A stretch of DNA of 64,000 bases from an uncultured delta proteobacterium (GTDB taxonomy: Bacteria; Desulfobacterota; Binatia; UBA9968), in the NCBI GenBank assembly GCA_963840855.1, contig CAWJBB010000027.1, forward strand, positions 160,001-224,000, read 5' to 3'. Every line of letters starts with the position of its first letter. Position 1 is the first letter of the stretch. The notes under the pieces are model-generated. The model was not told the origin of the DNA, did not search any database, and saw nothing but the letters and a program-made list of their open reading frames with translations. Position numbers and translations under genes: made by a program. Positions 1-10,332 of the stretch are shown piece after piece.

Positions 1-451
1 TAGCAACGTCATTCCGGACGTTCCGAGCAACAGGCTCGTCGTTCCCTCGTCGAGCCTCGATTCTTCTGTCGTCACCCCATAGGTGACCAAGCGCAAATGT
101 CATCGCCAGAAAGCAGAATATCCAGAGAATGACAGGCGCCGCCGCACCTCGAAACTTCACCCAAGGGATTTCGATCTCGATAGGCCCCGCAACGGTTTCG
201 AGAAGCAGAACAATACAGAGCGCCGCTGCTGCCGACATGGGAACCCCAAGCGTCGCCGCGTAGTGCGTTTGCAGCACGGCGAGCATCCAGTTGTCCTCAG
301 GCCTTCCGGGCCAAATGGTTTGGCTGATGACGAAGTAGAATCCATAGCCAGCGAGCCCGACCATGCCCAACAGGGCTATCGTTGTCGTGAGGGCTCTGAT
401 TTTACGATTCAATATGGGAGTGCGGTTCTCGTTCTCAGAGCGAGCTTCCAT
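1..451 (-). CDS. Multi-pass membrane hypothetical protein, cassette-borne; runs off window start
   Basis: Manual translation from ATG at 451: MEARSENENRTPILNRKIRALTTTIALLGMVGLAGYGFYFV...VILWIFCFLAMTFALGHLW, open to base 1; starts 15 nt after the attC-like site. Confidence 0.65.
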   Translation of the reverse strand, partial: MEARSENENRTPILNRKIRALTTTIALLGMVGLAGYGFYFVISQTIWPGRPEDNWMLAVLQTHYAATLGVPMSAAAALCIVLLLETVAGPIEIEIPWVKFRGAAAPVILWIFCFLAMTFALGHLWGDDRRIEARRGNDEPVARNVRNDVA

Positions 452-466
452 GTTAGTTCTCGATGC

Positions 467-560
467 GTCTAATGTATAGCGTTTTATCCCTAAACCTTAG
501 AGGCAATCAAGTTGCGGAAAGAGTCTATCAGGTGCGACGGGGGGATAAAACGTGTTGGAC
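467..560 (-). other. attC-like integron recombination site
   Basis: GTCTAAT...GTTGGAC ends with inner inverted repeat CGTTTTATCCC/GGGATAAAACG; related partial copy at ~20990-21057. Confidence 0.6.
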
Positions 561-656
561 TAAATTGCGTGCGCCAGGGTTTGAGAACTTGAAGGCGGCG
601 GGATAACGATAGGCCCTAGTATTAGATTGACGATGTGCCAGAAAAAATTTGACAGG

Positions 657-684
657 ATTCGTTAGAAGGAGAAATCAGTTCAAT
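657..684 (+). repeat. 28-bp dif-like site, class A (copy A1)
   Basis: ATTCGTTAGAA-GGAGAA-ATCAGTTCAAT. Confidence 0.7.
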
Positions 685-702
685 CCTGGCATCGCCGCGT
701 CG

Positions 703-864
703 CTATTTGATCACCTTATCCGCTCTCGCCAGCACATTTGGTGGAATCGTCAGACCGATCTGCTTCGCGGTCTTCAGATTGATGATGAACTCAAACTTCG
801 TCGGCTGCTCGACTGGCAGATCGGCGGGCTTGGTGCCCTTCAGAATCTTGTCGACATAAGTGGC
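703..864 (-). pseudogene. 3' fragment of ABC transporter substrate-binding protein gene
   Basis: Translates [53 protein letters not shown], homologous to the C-terminus of 26821..27804. Confidence 0.9.
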
Positions 865-882
865 AGTCCGCTGAAACGACGG

Positions 883-1417
883 GTTATACCCCTGCCACTA
901 CTTCTTCTCTGGCATCACGGAGGAGTGATGGCTGGTAATGAGCCACTTCGAACCATCCCAGCGATACGTATAGCTATAGCGGCCATTGACTACTGCGCCT
1001 GTCTTGGCGAACGTAAATGTGTAGAGGCCAGCATCAACGGCGGTGTTGCAGCCAATTTCTACGAAGCGCAGATCAATCTTTCCGGAGGGGCGATCCACTA
1101 GGAAATGATGAAAGTAATCTTCTTTTTCCGCCGGGGTCAAGCGTGGTTTGTTCGAAACGGTAGGCAACAGAATAGAGCGTTCCGCATAGTTGGCAACGAC
1201 CTTATGCGGATCGCCAGTCTGCAAGGACTGATTCCACCGGTCAAACAACGATGCGATCTCCTGTTCGGTGGTGACCTTGCAACTTTCCGTTCGTGTGGCC
1301 TGGGCCGCGTTGGAGGTAGATCCTGCAAGGACCGCGTAACCAGCAAGTGCAATCAAGGTGAGTGATTTCATTGAAACGCTCCTTTCAGCGTTCAACGGGA
1401 AACATAGGGGGTATAAC
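883..1417 (-). mobile_element. Integron gene cassette (attC truncated)
   Basis: Minus strand starts GTTATACCCC and ends GGGGTATAAC-CCGTCGTTTCAGCGGAC, i.e. complementary core and inverse-core sites around one ORF. Confidence 0.7.
898..1371 (-). CDS. Secreted NTF2-like protein (CaMKII association domain / SgcJ-EcaC / DUF4440-like)
   Basis: Signal peptide; LFDRWNQSLQTGDPHKVVANY...LLPTVSN...GLYTFTF...WLITSHHSSVMPE; SD GAAAGGAG. Confidence 0.85.
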   Translation of the reverse strand: MKSLTLIALAGYAVLAGSTSNAAQATRTESCKVTTEQEIASLFDRWNQSLQTGDPHKVVANYAERSILLPTVSNKPRLTPAEKEDYFHHFLVDRPSGKIDLRFVEIGCNTAVDAGLYTFTFAKTGAVVNGRYSYTYRWDGSKWLITSHHSSVMPEKK

Positions 1418-1589
1418 GATTACGTGACCCTCATTAGGCGGGTTCGAGTCCATCCGGGCGCTTCTTTGCTCAACGCGGCGAAATACCCTCTCTAAACCGT
1501 CCGCATCCAAGGTAGCAGAGAAAAGTGACATTTACGACAGAAGGCTAAAGGTATTCCGTCGAGTGGAAAAACCAGATTTTCAGCCTGAG

Positions 1590-1617
1590 ATTGAACTGAA
1601 CGACGCAACAGTCGCGT
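1590..1617 (-). repeat. 28-bp dif-like site, class B (copy B1, one arm degenerate)
   Basis: + strand ATTGAACTGAA-CGACGC-AACAGTCGCGT. Confidence 0.55.
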
Positions 1618-1627
1618 CTTGTAAAGG

Positions 1628-1655
1628 ATTAGGTCGTGGGAGAAATCAGTTCAAT
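1628..1655 (+). repeat. 28-bp dif-like site, class A (copy A2)
   Basis: ATTAGGTCGTG-GGAGAA-ATCAGTTCAAT. Confidence 0.7.
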
Positions 1656-1660
1656 TAGGA

Positions 1661-1723
1661 GCTTAACACTAGCCTTCACCGGTGCGCATCTTTTTGCGCG
1701 TCCGGTGGAAGACTCCGTTCGGC
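1661..1723 (-). other. attC site
   Basis: GCTTAAC...TTCACCGG-TGCGCA...TGCGCG-TCCGGTGGAA...GTTCGGC imperfect palindrome, 63 bp. Confidence 0.75.
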
Positions 1724-1725
1724 AG

Positions 1726-1990
1726 TCATATGGCCCACGCTCTTCGTTACGACCGGGGAACACCGGAAACTACGCAAGACCTGCTCGAACTCGAAAGCGG
1801 TGCATCCTTGTGAACGGGCAGATGCGGTCTCTCGCCAGGTGCCCGCTTCAAGTAGGTCTTCAGCACAGGTGCACGCCGGTCCGCAGGAACTTCTTCAAGG
1901 CGCACCTCCTCGCGACGTCCGTGACGTAGAGTCACATTGCCACTCACCGCCTTCAAAATTTTGCACCCAGTCCAACTTCGTTCCGAGCAT
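1726..1990 (-). pseudogene. 3' fragment of nitroreductase / deazaflavin-dependent oxidoreductase-like gene
   Basis: VTLRHGRREEVRLEEVPADRRAPVLKTYLKRAPG.RPHLPV.KDAPL; no valid start, frameshifted. Confidence 0.55.
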
Positions 1991-2296
1991 GGACGCAAGT
2001 TAAATGGTAACCTTCAACGAGAGCAATGACGGGTGGTAGACTGATGAAGCGCCTGCGTCGCCGGCCTTACGCGGGCAAGCTGATCATGGCCGCGCCGATG
2101 GTAGGTGGATGATGGATCGAATTCCCGTATCTGCTCGCCCTTGTTTCCTTTCTCATCGACCATGAACGACAAAATCTCTTAGCTCGCAGGTCGGCCTTCT
2201 GGACGACAAATACAATCAGCGCCCCATCGCCGGCCCCGCACCTCACTTCTGTTGGCTCCTATCAAAGCACCTAAAGTTCGAGAAAAACGGAAGAAG

Positions 2297-4168
2297 TCAA
2301 GATTCCTCGAATGATGTTCGTGAGTGTTCAATTAGAAACCCGACCTTTTCAACAAGGTCATCGACCAAATATGGTTTGTAAATGCAGTCCTTCACGCCGG
2401 CCTGGAAGAGTTCTGATTTCACTTGCGGCTCTAGATAACCGGTTGTGATGATAATCCTTATCACCGGGTTTTGCTCCTTCAGTTCATGAATCACGTCAAA
2501 GCCGGTAATTTTGGGCAAGCCGAGATCGAGCACCACGATATCAATCTCTTCTTTATGATGGTGATAAAGATCTATCGCTTCTTCGCCGTCCATAGCAGTC
2601 AGGGTTTGGTAGCCCGCTTTCGACAAGACCTCTCTCAAAAGGCGAACCAGCGCCTCTTCGTCTTCGACCACGAGAACGGTTCCTCGACCACTAGCGTATT
2701 TTCGACTGGCGCCTTCCCTTTTCACTATCTCATCAACCGACGATTTTCCTTCCGCCCGAAGCACCGGCAAATAGAGCCGAAACGTGGTGCCGCCTCCAGG
2801 CTTACTTTCCACTTCGATGAAACCCTTATGCTCTTTGACGATGCCGTAGACGATTGCGAGTCCCAGCCCCGTCCCTTCACCGATTCCTTTAGTAGTGAAG
2901 AACGGCTCAAAAATCCGCTCCCGGACTTCTTCTTTCATTCCCATCCCGGTATCGCTGATCACAATTGAGACATACGACTCCGTGCCGGCTTCGAGGCGGT
3001 GCTCCCGCGCTTTGTTTTCGTCGATCCTTTCCGTTCTGATTGTGAGTTTCCCGCCTGCCAGCATGGCGTCGCGCGCATTGACGCAAATATTGAGCAGCGC
3101 TTGGCTCAATTGATTTGAATCCGCCATTACCGACGGCAGCCCAGGGTCAAGATCCAATGCGACGTCAATAATTTTGGGAAACGATTGTTTGATCAGTTCG
3201 CTGATCGTCAAAACGAAGTCGTTGGCATCGATGGGAGCTAACTGCGCTTTCGTCCTGCGCGCCACGGTCAAAAGTTGCCGCACCATGGACGCGCCCCGTT
3301 TGACTTGTTGGTCGATGGTTTTCAAACTTTTGTCAATCTCCTGCTCGGTTAACAGTTCCTCGCCGATGAGGTTAGCGTAACCTTGGATAATATTGAGAAT
3401 ATTGTTGAACTCATGCGCGATGCCGCCGGCCAGCGTCCCGATGCTTTCCATTTTTTGCGCGTGGCGGAGCTGCTCTTCGAGTTTTTTTTGCTCCTCGATG
3501 GTTCTTAATAGAGCCGCGTTGGCTTGATTGAGATCGGCCGTGCGTTCCTGAACTCGCCTTTCAAGCTCTTCGTTGGCTTTGACTAACTCGTTTTTTGCTT
3601 GACGCACGAGTTCATCCGCCAGTTTGCGCTGCGTAATTTCCTGCTGCATCTTTTCGTACAGCCGGGCATTTTCAAGAGAGATCGCCGCCTGCGCCGCTAG
3701 CGCTTTCAGAATCTCTTCATCTGCTTTGCTGAAGGCGCCGGTCTCTTTGTTCAATACCTCGAACGTTCCGATGATCTCTCCGTTGTTTGTTCGCAGTGGG
3801 ACGGCGAGCAGGCTCTGCGTGCGGTACCCGGAAAGTAGATCAATCTCCTTATAGAACCGCGGATCTTGATAGACGTTCTCGACATTAATCGTCTGTCCGG
3901 TAAGTGCCACGGCTCCTGCAATACCTAAGCGAGCATCAAAACGAATCTCCTCACTGCCAAGCACAACCTTTGACCAAAGCTCCCCCCGTTCCCGATCGAG
4001 CAGAAAAAGGCTTGCCCGGTCCGCCCCCATTAGCTTAGTCGCTTCGTTGGCGATCAAGTCCAAGAGCGCCACGAGGTTCCTTTCCGAACTCATTCGCTGG
4101 CAGATTTTCAGAAGCTGTTCTGCGAGGTGGTTTTGGTCCTTGAACGAAGCTTGGTTGATTGGAGTCAT
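2297..4168 (-). CDS. Hybrid sensor histidine kinase (GAF-HisKA-HATPase-REC)
   Basis: GAF N-terminus; H-box [11 protein letters not shown]; N box NARDAM; G boxes DTGMG and GTGLGL; receiver VLVVEDE...DLGLP...KP. Confidence 0.95.
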   Translation of the reverse strand: MTPINQASFKDQNHLAEQLLKICQRMSSERNLVALLDLIANEATKLMGADRASLFLLDRERGELWSKVVLGSEEIRFDARLGIAGAVALTGQTINVENVYQDPRFYKEIDLLSGYRTQSLLAVPLRTNNGEIIGTFEVLNKETGAFSKADEEILKALAAQAAISLENARLYEKMQQEITQRKLADELVRQAKNELVKANEELERRVQERTADLNQANAALLRTIEEQKKLEEQLRHAQKMESIGTLAGGIAHEFNNILNIIQGYANLIGEELLTEQEIDKSLKTIDQQVKRGASMVRQLLTVARRTKAQLAPIDANDFVLTISELIKQSFPKIIDVALDLDPGLPSVMADSNQLSQALLNICVNARDAMLAGGKLTIRTERIDENKAREHRLEAGTESYVSIVISDTGMGMKEEVRERIFEPFFTTKGIGEGTGLGLAIVYGIVKEHKGFIEVESKPGGGTTFRLYLPVLRAEGKSSVDEIVKREGASRKYASGRGTVLVVEDEEALVRLLREVLSKAGYQTLTAMDGEEAIDLYHHHKEEIDIVVLDLGLPKITGFDVIHELKEQNPVIRIIITTGYLEPQVKSELFQAGVKDCIYKPYLVDDLVEKVGFLIEHSRTSFEES

Positions 4169-4283
4169 CGCTTTCGCCTGAAACTAGCGCGATGCCATCA
4201 TCTTAGTTGCAGTATGTTGCAACAAGACTCCTTAAGCAAGGCCAGAATTCAGCGGAGTTTTAAGGGAGATAGAAAGTTAACCC

Positions 4284-4520
4284 TCAGCGGTCACCCAAAA
4301 CCGGCCAATGAAGGTCATCTGAAAACCGGCCAACGATAACGACGCCCGAGACATTGACTGCGACGAGACGCCTACTAGGCTTCGTCGCCATGAGCAATGT
4401 CTTGAGCGAAGAAAAAAAACAACAAGTTATAGCACTAGGGCGGCTGGGCTGGACGCTTCGGCGCATTGAGCAGGCCACCGGTGTGCGTCGAGAAACCGCA
4501 GGCGCTTATCTCAAAGCCGG
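4284..4520 (+). mobile_element. IS21-family remnant (left end plus 5' end of istA)
   Basis: Tandem GGTCA..AAAACCGGCCAA end repeats, then MSNVLSEEKKQQVIALGRLGWTLRRIEQATGVRRETAGAYLKAG, truncated. Confidence 0.75.
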
Positions 4521-4582
4521 TTTTGTGCCATTGACAACCGGGGGCCTCATAAGTGGTTAGGCGGCGACATCTTTAAAAGTTC

Positions 4583-4939
4583 TTAGCACGAGCCTGAAGC
4601 CTGCTTGAGGAGCGCCGCAAAGGCTCGCTCGTCAATTCTAGAAGCGTCACGGACTTTGGTGTGCCGCACGAACTTCCCCTCGCCTTCCAGTAAACCTCTC
4701 GGGTCCTTTAGGGATGATCCGTTAAAAAAACCAAACTGCACATATCCCGTTGCAGAGTAGACGTAAGCCACTGGCCCGTTATTCCCGATCCAACACCCGT
4801 TTCCCCATTTCACGGATTGCTTTAGCTTCGGCTCAACACGTTTCACAAAACGCCGAAGTGCGCCAATAATCGCCTGGTTTTTGGGATTCTGATCCTTCAA
4901 GTAATCGTTAAAGCTCGCATATGTCTTCATTTTTCCCAT
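4583..4939 (-). CDS. DUF1801 (YdhG-like) protein in gene cassette
   Basis: VKWGNGCW...VQFGFFNGSSLKDPRGLLEGEGKFVRHTKV; flanked by ATTAGGC (4969-4975) and GCCTAAC (4556-4562) on minus. Confidence 0.85.
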   Translation of the reverse strand: MGKMKTYASFNDYLKDQNPKNQAIIGALRRFVKRVEPKLKQSVKWGNGCWIGNNGPVAYVYSATGYVQFGFFNGSSLKDPRGLLEGEGKFVRHTKVRDASRIDERAFAALLKQASGSC

Positions 4940-4968
4940 AACAAGGTCCTCAAACTCTGGCACGGACC

Positions 4969-5060
4969 GCCTAATGACCCAAGCTCACCGACGCCGCCTC
5001 AAGACGGCTCGATTGTAACCAAAGCGCGATGGCGGCGTTCGGTGCAGCGCCTTGTTAGGT
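4969..5060 (-). other. attC site
   Basis: GCCTAAT...GCTCACCGACGCCGCC...GGCGGCGTTCGGTGCAGC...GTTAGGT. Confidence 0.85.
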
Positions 5061-5149
5061 GCACCTGGAACCGTCTCAAACTCGCTTTCACTCCAGTCTA
5101 TGACTCTAAATATGATGAACGCCATATCGCTGTATATGGAGTGACCGCT

Positions 5150-5404
5150 CTACAAAAAATTGGAAATCAATTGAAACAAAAAACTCAAAATCAACAAAAA
5201 CAATCCAATGCGTGATCGAAAATCAAATTTTTTAGCTAAGGCAACCTCATCATGATTTATCTGTTCTGTAATAAGATGCTCATGCCCCTCGCGATCAATC
5301 GAAGCCGGTAAACCAAATCTCCAAATCAAATACGAACCCAAAATGCCCAAGAACAGACCAAGACTATTAACGATGATTTTTATATGAGTGAAAATGTAAT
5401 CCAT
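5150..5404 (-). CDS. Small two-TM membrane protein, AT-rich cassette gene
   Basis: 84 aa with two hydrophobic helices; lies between attI-like site (5434) and attC (4969-5060). Confidence 0.7.
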   Translation of the reverse strand: MDYIFTHIKIIVNSLGLFLGILGSYLIWRFGLPASIDREGHEHLITEQINHDEVALAKKFDFRSRIGLFLLILSFLFQLISNFL

Positions 5405-5648
5405 AATGACAAGGAGTGGCGAGGGGCTGATGCACCTATTAAGTGAGCCGCATTAGGCGGCGGAAAATGCTGGTCGGCCTATCTCCTAACACGGGTCCAA
5501 CAATCAAATTCAAATCGGTTGCAAATATCCTCCACTTGCCTCGACCTGTCAACATTACTTGGATCGACAAACGCTGCGAACTACCGCGGCCTATCCCACT
5601 AACGATTCGCGGCCTATCTCCGTCCCAGAGCACTGCAAAAAGCCTGAG

Positions 5649-5677
5649 ATTGAATTGAACGACGCATCCGGACAAAT
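5649..5677 (-). repeat. dif-like site, class B (copy B2)
   Basis: + strand ATTGAATTGAA-CGACGC-ATCCGGACAAAT (one extra base). Confidence 0.65.
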
Positions 5678-5685
5678 CGTACAGG

Positions 5686-5713
5686 ATTGGTTCGATGGAG
5701 AAATCAGTTCAAT
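5686..5713 (+). repeat. 28-bp dif-like site, class A (copy A3)
   Basis: ATTGGTTCGAT-GGAGAA-ATCAGTTCAAT. Confidence 0.7.
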
Positions 5714-5731
5714 CCTGGCATCGCCGCTTGG

Positions 5732-5752
5732 TTACTTGATCACCCGATCAGC
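5732..5752 (-). pseudogene. Last codons of ABC SBP gene (ADRVIK*)
   Basis: GCTGATCGGGTGATCAAGTAA followed by the same GCGGCGATGCCAGG linker and class A site as at 703. Confidence 0.6.
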
Positions 5753-5800
5753 AGCGCCCCCTCTTTCATACGCCGCCCGAGCCGGCCGAAGCAACATCGG

Positions 5801-5890
5801 GATTTTCATCAAACAGAAAGACGATTGACATCCTACCGGTCCGGCGATATTGCTCAGGCCAGAAAAAAAGGTGGTTTAAAATTCCTATAC
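5801..5890 (+). mobile_element. IS91/ISCR oriIS-like end with outward promoter, no transposase
   Basis: Ends GGTTTAAAATTCCTATAC; TTGACA-17-TATTGC; 88/90 identical to 31945-32034 (inverted). Confidence 0.65.
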
Positions 5891-6080
5891 ATACAGAAGT
5901 CTCGGTCTTGCAATGGACTTTTAGTAGCTCCTTCGTTGACGACTGAACGCGGACTCATCGAACAGCAGACAGCCCATGTCTAATGACCCTTTGTGATCGA
6001 TGCGTAAGTAACACCTATGAGAGGGTTGGATGCCTGACTAAGAAATATGGGAAGCTTGGTGAACTGCGAAGAGTCGGCAT

Positions 6081-6779
6081 TCAAGAAGTAGAGGGAGATT
6101 TTATGCCTGTCGCAAGTATCAAGTCAGTTGGACTTAAACGCTCTAAAAGCACTAACTGAAATGTGACAGTTGATGCTTCCATTCCTTTAAGTCGCGGCGA
6201 ATAGGTTACCGGCTTTCCCACGTAAGATGGTAACCGCATCTGTATGGGCTTATCATCGAGAATTTGTCCATCGCTTTGTTTGATGGTCGATCGAACCACT
6301 AAAAAGTCCGCTTTTATTCCTTCAACGGTGTAGGTAATCGCATATACCTTTTGTCCTTTAGAACCTTTGTATGGGACCCACAAAGTCGTCGGGCTAGATA
6401 TTAAACCGGCTGTATTGGTACGGACTATCGCGACATTTGACGTTCCAAGAATTTTCTCCGCCTTAGCTCTAAATTCTCTAACTACGTAATTGTCGATCGC
6501 CTCCAGTTTTGCTTCGAGCGCCGTTACTCGATTTCCAAGTCTATTAAATTCTGCGGTGATATTACCTACGTTTGTCTTTAATTCATCGAACTGCGGCTTT
6601 AGGCTTTGGTTCACCGCCGTGACAAATTCATTTTGGGAAACTTCGTGCCGTAAACCAAACGCCGACGGAAGAAGGTAGAATATCAAGCCCGTCGCTAGAG
6701 CTCCGGCAATTCCACCTACTACTGCACCCACCACCGGAGGCAGAATCTTCTCCAAGTATGGATCTTTCGTCTTTGCCAT
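6081..6779 (-). CDS. Hypothetical membrane-anchored coiled-coil protein
   Basis: 232-aa ORF; N-terminal TM helix followed by heptad-like region. Confidence 0.7.
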   Translation of the reverse strand: MAKTKDPYLEKILPPVVGAVVGGIAGALATGLIFYLLPSAFGLRHEVSQNEFVTAVNQSLKPQFDELKTNVGNITAEFNRLGNRVTALEAKLEAIDNYVVREFRAKAEKILGTSNVAIVRTNTAGLISSPTTLWVPYKGSKGQKVYAITYTVEGIKADFLVVRSTIKQSDGQILDDKPIQMRLPSYVGKPVTYSPRLKGMEASTVTFQLVLLERLSPTDLILATGIKSPSTS

Positions 6780-7176
6780 GGCTTTGATCGGCTCACTTGA
6801 TCAAGGGAAATCACTGTGCCTCATATCAAAATGTGCCTCGGAAAGCCAACTTTATTGGGGTTTAACGTTGCGGTCGGACCAGGCTAAGCCTCGGTTGTTT
6901 CAAGATTTGTTTGCCAGGGAGCGGTGTTATTTGGCCCTAGAGCCTCGTTTTCCTATCGAAATGGTCGCCATAAGGCGGCGCCGGCTTCCGTTGTTTTGAC
7001 TCTCGGCATGTTGCGGTTGCAGTCTAGAGGAGCCTGAGGTGAATTGCGAATCCATAAACGCTCGATAGCGAGCAATGCAGAAGAATACCGGCGCGAACAA
7101 AAACAAACCCAATTCATGCCGCCAACGGCTGGTCGTGGGGCTTTATTCCTACTGGCACAGACATGAATGCTATCAA

Positions 7177-7204
7177 ATCAAACCGATGGAGAAATCAGTT
7201 CAAT
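7177..7204 (+). repeat. 28-bp dif-like site, class A (copy A4)
   Basis: ATCAAACCGAT-GGAGAA-ATCAGTTCAAT. Confidence 0.7.
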
Positions 7205-7222
7205 CCTCGCATCGCCGCGTGG

Positions 7223-7303
7223 TTACTTGATCAGCCGAGTGGCTCGGTGCGAGCACCTCCGGCGGGATCGTCACGCCGATTTGCTTCGCTGGTTTCCGAT
7301 TGA
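7223..7303 (-). pseudogene. Degenerate 3' fragment of ABC SBP gene
   Basis: INRKPAKQIGVTIPPEVLA...LIK* with indels. Confidence 0.75.
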
Positions 7304-7607
7304 TATCAGTTTAGTCGGCTGCTCGTTGACAGTCACTTCGCACAGTGGTATTCGGATGCTGTCGAGGGATCACAGCCCTATCCATCCTTGATAGACTTTC
7401 CAGCTAGGACAGAGCTTCATCATCTCCGATAGAGCCAGCTTAGGGTAGTGGTCTTTGAGATAAACGAAGTGTGTTCCTCGGGCAAAGATAAGTGAGTCAT
7501 CAAAGCCAGTCGCTTTTGCGGTTGTGCCGCAAGAGTGTACTGGCTTTTGTTTTTCAGACGCGAACCTATCAGATGTAGGACTTTTATAGGCATAGGAAGG
7601 AGGCTTT

Positions 7608-8045
7608 ATGTTTATTGAGACTTATTATGATGACAGGGCTGCGGTTCCCGGCAGCACAAGTGAGCCGATGATTCCCTATCCTGAAATGTCGGGGGAGAAG
7701 CTGACGGTGTGGCAAGAATACTTGCCGATCAAGAGAGAGATAAGAAATCCCTACTCACCGTTCCATACTATTCCTGACCCTGCGATTGCAGAGATAAAAA
7801 AGGCAACACGTTCATTTGAGCGTATAGAGATCTGGAGCCGCGCACGCGACCCCATGGCCGTCGGAATCATCGGAGAAGAGAAACCGCGCTACTTTTCTAT
7901 CGTGCGCTGGGGGGATGCGGAACTCACGCTAGCGCAGGTAAAAAGAAGACTGTGGATCGAGAAATGGCTGCTCCGGCTGACTGCGATAGGGGGTATTTTG
8001 GGGTTTCTCGTTGTGATGTTGGCTGCCAGGGCCTATGGTGGGTAG
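7608..8045 (+). CDS. Hypothetical protein with C-terminal TM helix
   Basis: 145 aa; strong SD AGGAGG. Confidence 0.7.
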   Translation: MFIETYYDDRAAVPGSTSEPMIPYPEMSGEKLTVWQEYLPIKREIRNPYSPFHTIPDPAIAEIKKATRSFERIEIWSRARDPMAVGIIGEEKPRYFSIVRWGDAELTLAQVKRRLWIEKWLLRLTAIGGILGFLVVMLAARAYGG

Positions 8046-8219
8046 AGGTTCTCTTCTGTCCTCTGCTCCTCTTAGACGCAACTTATTCGGCGGGGTTCTT
8101 TTGCAACCTAATCGTGGGTAGTTTCGACTTGGCAGAAAGGTGGATTTTCCACTACCACCTAGGCGGATCCTCGCTGCAGAGAACTGGCGCGCCCACCCCA
8201 GTTAAAAGAAGACAAACGT

Positions 8220-8576
8220 GTGCGGGACCAAGGTTGGGATCTCGTCGGCGCCTACCAGGGCGGCTGGCAGATTCTCGTGATCCGTGGTACGGCCAGCTAT
8301 GATGGTATGTGCCGGCCGCGCCAGTATCAGGATTTCGTATTCGTGCGCGGTGCCTTCGCCGGCACGCTCTCCCCAGAAGCGACGGATAGCCGGACCGATG
8401 GTGCCCTGAGCCAAGTGTTTCTTGAGGGCAATGATCGGTTGACAGCCGAGTACGTGCGCTATAGTGACAAGGATGCGGCATGCTGCCCGGCGAGCACGAC
8501 GAGCGTCGTATTCGACGTCGCCCGTGACGGGCCGGTCCTGCGGGCCATGTCCGCGACCACTTCGCCTAATAGGTGA
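8220..8576 (+). CDS. LppP/LprE-like lipoprotein domain, probably 5'-truncated
   Basis: YDGMCRP..YQ.FVFV.G.FAGTLSP...DSRTDGAL...Y...DAACCP. Confidence 0.55.
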   Translation: MRDQGWDLVGAYQGGWQILVIRGTASYDGMCRPRQYQDFVFVRGAFAGTLSPEATDSRTDGALSQVFLEGNDRLTAEYVRYSDKDAACCPASTTSVVFDVARDGPVLRAMSATTSPNR

Positions 8577-9102
8577 TGCCGGGGCAGCCACCGGCTACCT
8601 CGAAGCCGTACCGGGTCAGATGCGTTGGACTGAACCCGCCATCGAGCGCCCGCTTTGACGGATCGTTCCGGTGTCGCCTTCCTTTGTGAGGATCTCTATC
8701 GAATCCAAATTTTCCTTTCATCAAGCGGAGTGAATCAAATGGAAAACAAGATAAAAACCTAAAGCCGAATAGACTAGCGCTACGAAGGTCAAGCCCCGAA
8801 GCGGCACCATCGGTCGGTAACGACCTATGTTCTTGTTTGTGTTTTCGGGTGCTAAGCGCGTGAAAGAATACGCGCCACGGGATCAATGGTGCCGGCATCG
8901 AAGAAGTCCCCCGATAACACGTAAAGCTAATAGCGTGCCGTGCCGATTTGACTTGTATTGGCGAACCGTGTTCCCGAAATCACGCTTTTGCCGGGTGCTT
9001 AACGGAGGTCACTTCGGGCGCGAATTAACGAACGGGTGTTTTGGCCCTGTCAGAACTGACCGCAAAGGTGCCACCTCTGCTCGCAAATTGCGTCGAATTT
9101 TT

Positions 9103-9470
9103 ATGGCTTACACGAGACAGCGAAACCAAGCCAGACTGAGCGGTGACGGCGTTCAGTTTGTGCGCTGCCGCATTTGCCGCAGCCACCTTCGCGTAATAAG
9201 TGGCCGGCACCTTTCCAAGCATGACACCGACCGCAACACGTACATGGAGGAATACCGTCTCAGCCCAGACGAACTGAGCGCGAAGGACTTCCGCATGATA
9301 ATGAGTTCGCGCAAGGGGTATCACCCATACGGCAAGCGCGACTGGGTCGATGCAATCAGGAAGCTTTACAAACGAAATAACAGGATCTTTGCCTTATAAG
9401 CGCCGCTGAAGCTTATTTTGGAAGCTGGGGTAAGACGTTGTATGCGGCCGGGATCGATCCCAATTTGTAT
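9103..9470 (+). pseudogene. Zn-finger (MucR/ROS-like CxxC...H...H) protein with FGSW repeat remnant, disrupted
   Basis: VRCRICRSHLRVISGRHLSKH...YMEEYRL; YFGSWGKTLYAAGIDP downstream after a stop. Confidence 0.5.
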
Positions 9471-9588
9471 TTTGTGCATCATACCTGGCGGAAAACCGGG
9501 ACTGAGGACGATCGGCCCGCGGAAAGACTATCGGGAAATGGTCATCAATAAAAGGGAATGACGTATTTTGCGATGGCGATGAATTCGG

Positions 9589-9616
9589 ATTGTTTAGAAG
9601 GAGAATTCAGTTCAAT
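9589..9616 (+). repeat. 28-bp dif-like site, class A (copy A5)
   Basis: ATTGTTTAGAA-GGAGAA-TTCAGTTCAAT. Confidence 0.7.
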
Positions 9617-9647
9617 CCTGGCATCGCAGCTTGTTTTTCTGCCGTCA

Positions 9648-10332
9648 GTCGCGGTAGGGACCGCCCTTGCGAGCGGCCCCCCGCACAGATCCGTACGTGA
9701 GGAATTACCTCATACGGCTCTTACCTCGGGTTCATGTGACGGCCAGCCGCTCCTTGGATACGAATAAAGCATAAGGCTTGTCGTACGCGCCACAACCCCT
9801 GTGACTCGCATCCCCGGCTCTGGGTCCGGCACGAGTGCGCTTGTGGTGCGTTCCCCTTGGTCGACCTCCTTCCCTCTGCGGACTCCGCTGCCAACGCATA
9901 CGCGTCGGCTTTGTTCGCCCGCTTCGTTGGTACTATGAGGTCGTCCGACTCCACCGCAGACGTGCATGTCGACATTACGGCTTTTAGCCTTCTTCGACCG
10001 TCCCAAACTCCATCGAGGGTGGGCGTCTGCAGGGCCTCCCGGTTCTCGCGCATGGAGTTTCCCCACATGCCTAGGGTCTCTGACTCCGCGGTGTCGAAGG
10101 ACCGCTCGCGCCTAACGCTGCCCTTCATGTTGCCTTCCCCGTATCAAGACACGGTCGGCACACCGAAGTGGTGATTTCGGAGCTCCATACCTGGCCTGTG
10201 TGTACCCCTGTCAACGCTTCGCCCGCGTCCTTTCGGACCCAGACGCATGACTCGGAGCCAAAATGGTGCGCTACTCCTTTCTTGTGCGGCTCTCTCATCC
10301 GCTACTCCATGCCGGTTTATCCCGGCGCTTTC
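9648..10332 (-). mobile_element. Group II intron RNA with RT/maturase ORF deleted (685 nt)
   Basis: Domain V GAGCCGTATGAGGTAATTCCTCACGTACGGATC; domain VI ending CCCTACCGCGAC; 5' region GCGCCGGGATAAACCGGCATGG; EBS1 loop CTTGAT complementary to exon ATCAAG. Confidence 0.9.

Noticed and set aside
649-1101. Plus-strand ORF 649..1101 and similar antisense ORFs (e.g. 83..472, 50354..51469)
   Set aside because: Shadows of better-supported opposite-strand genes or fragments.
5881-5890. FRT-like arm (TTCCTATAC)
   Set aside because: No second inverted arm at 8-bp spacing; the oriIS interpretation fits better.
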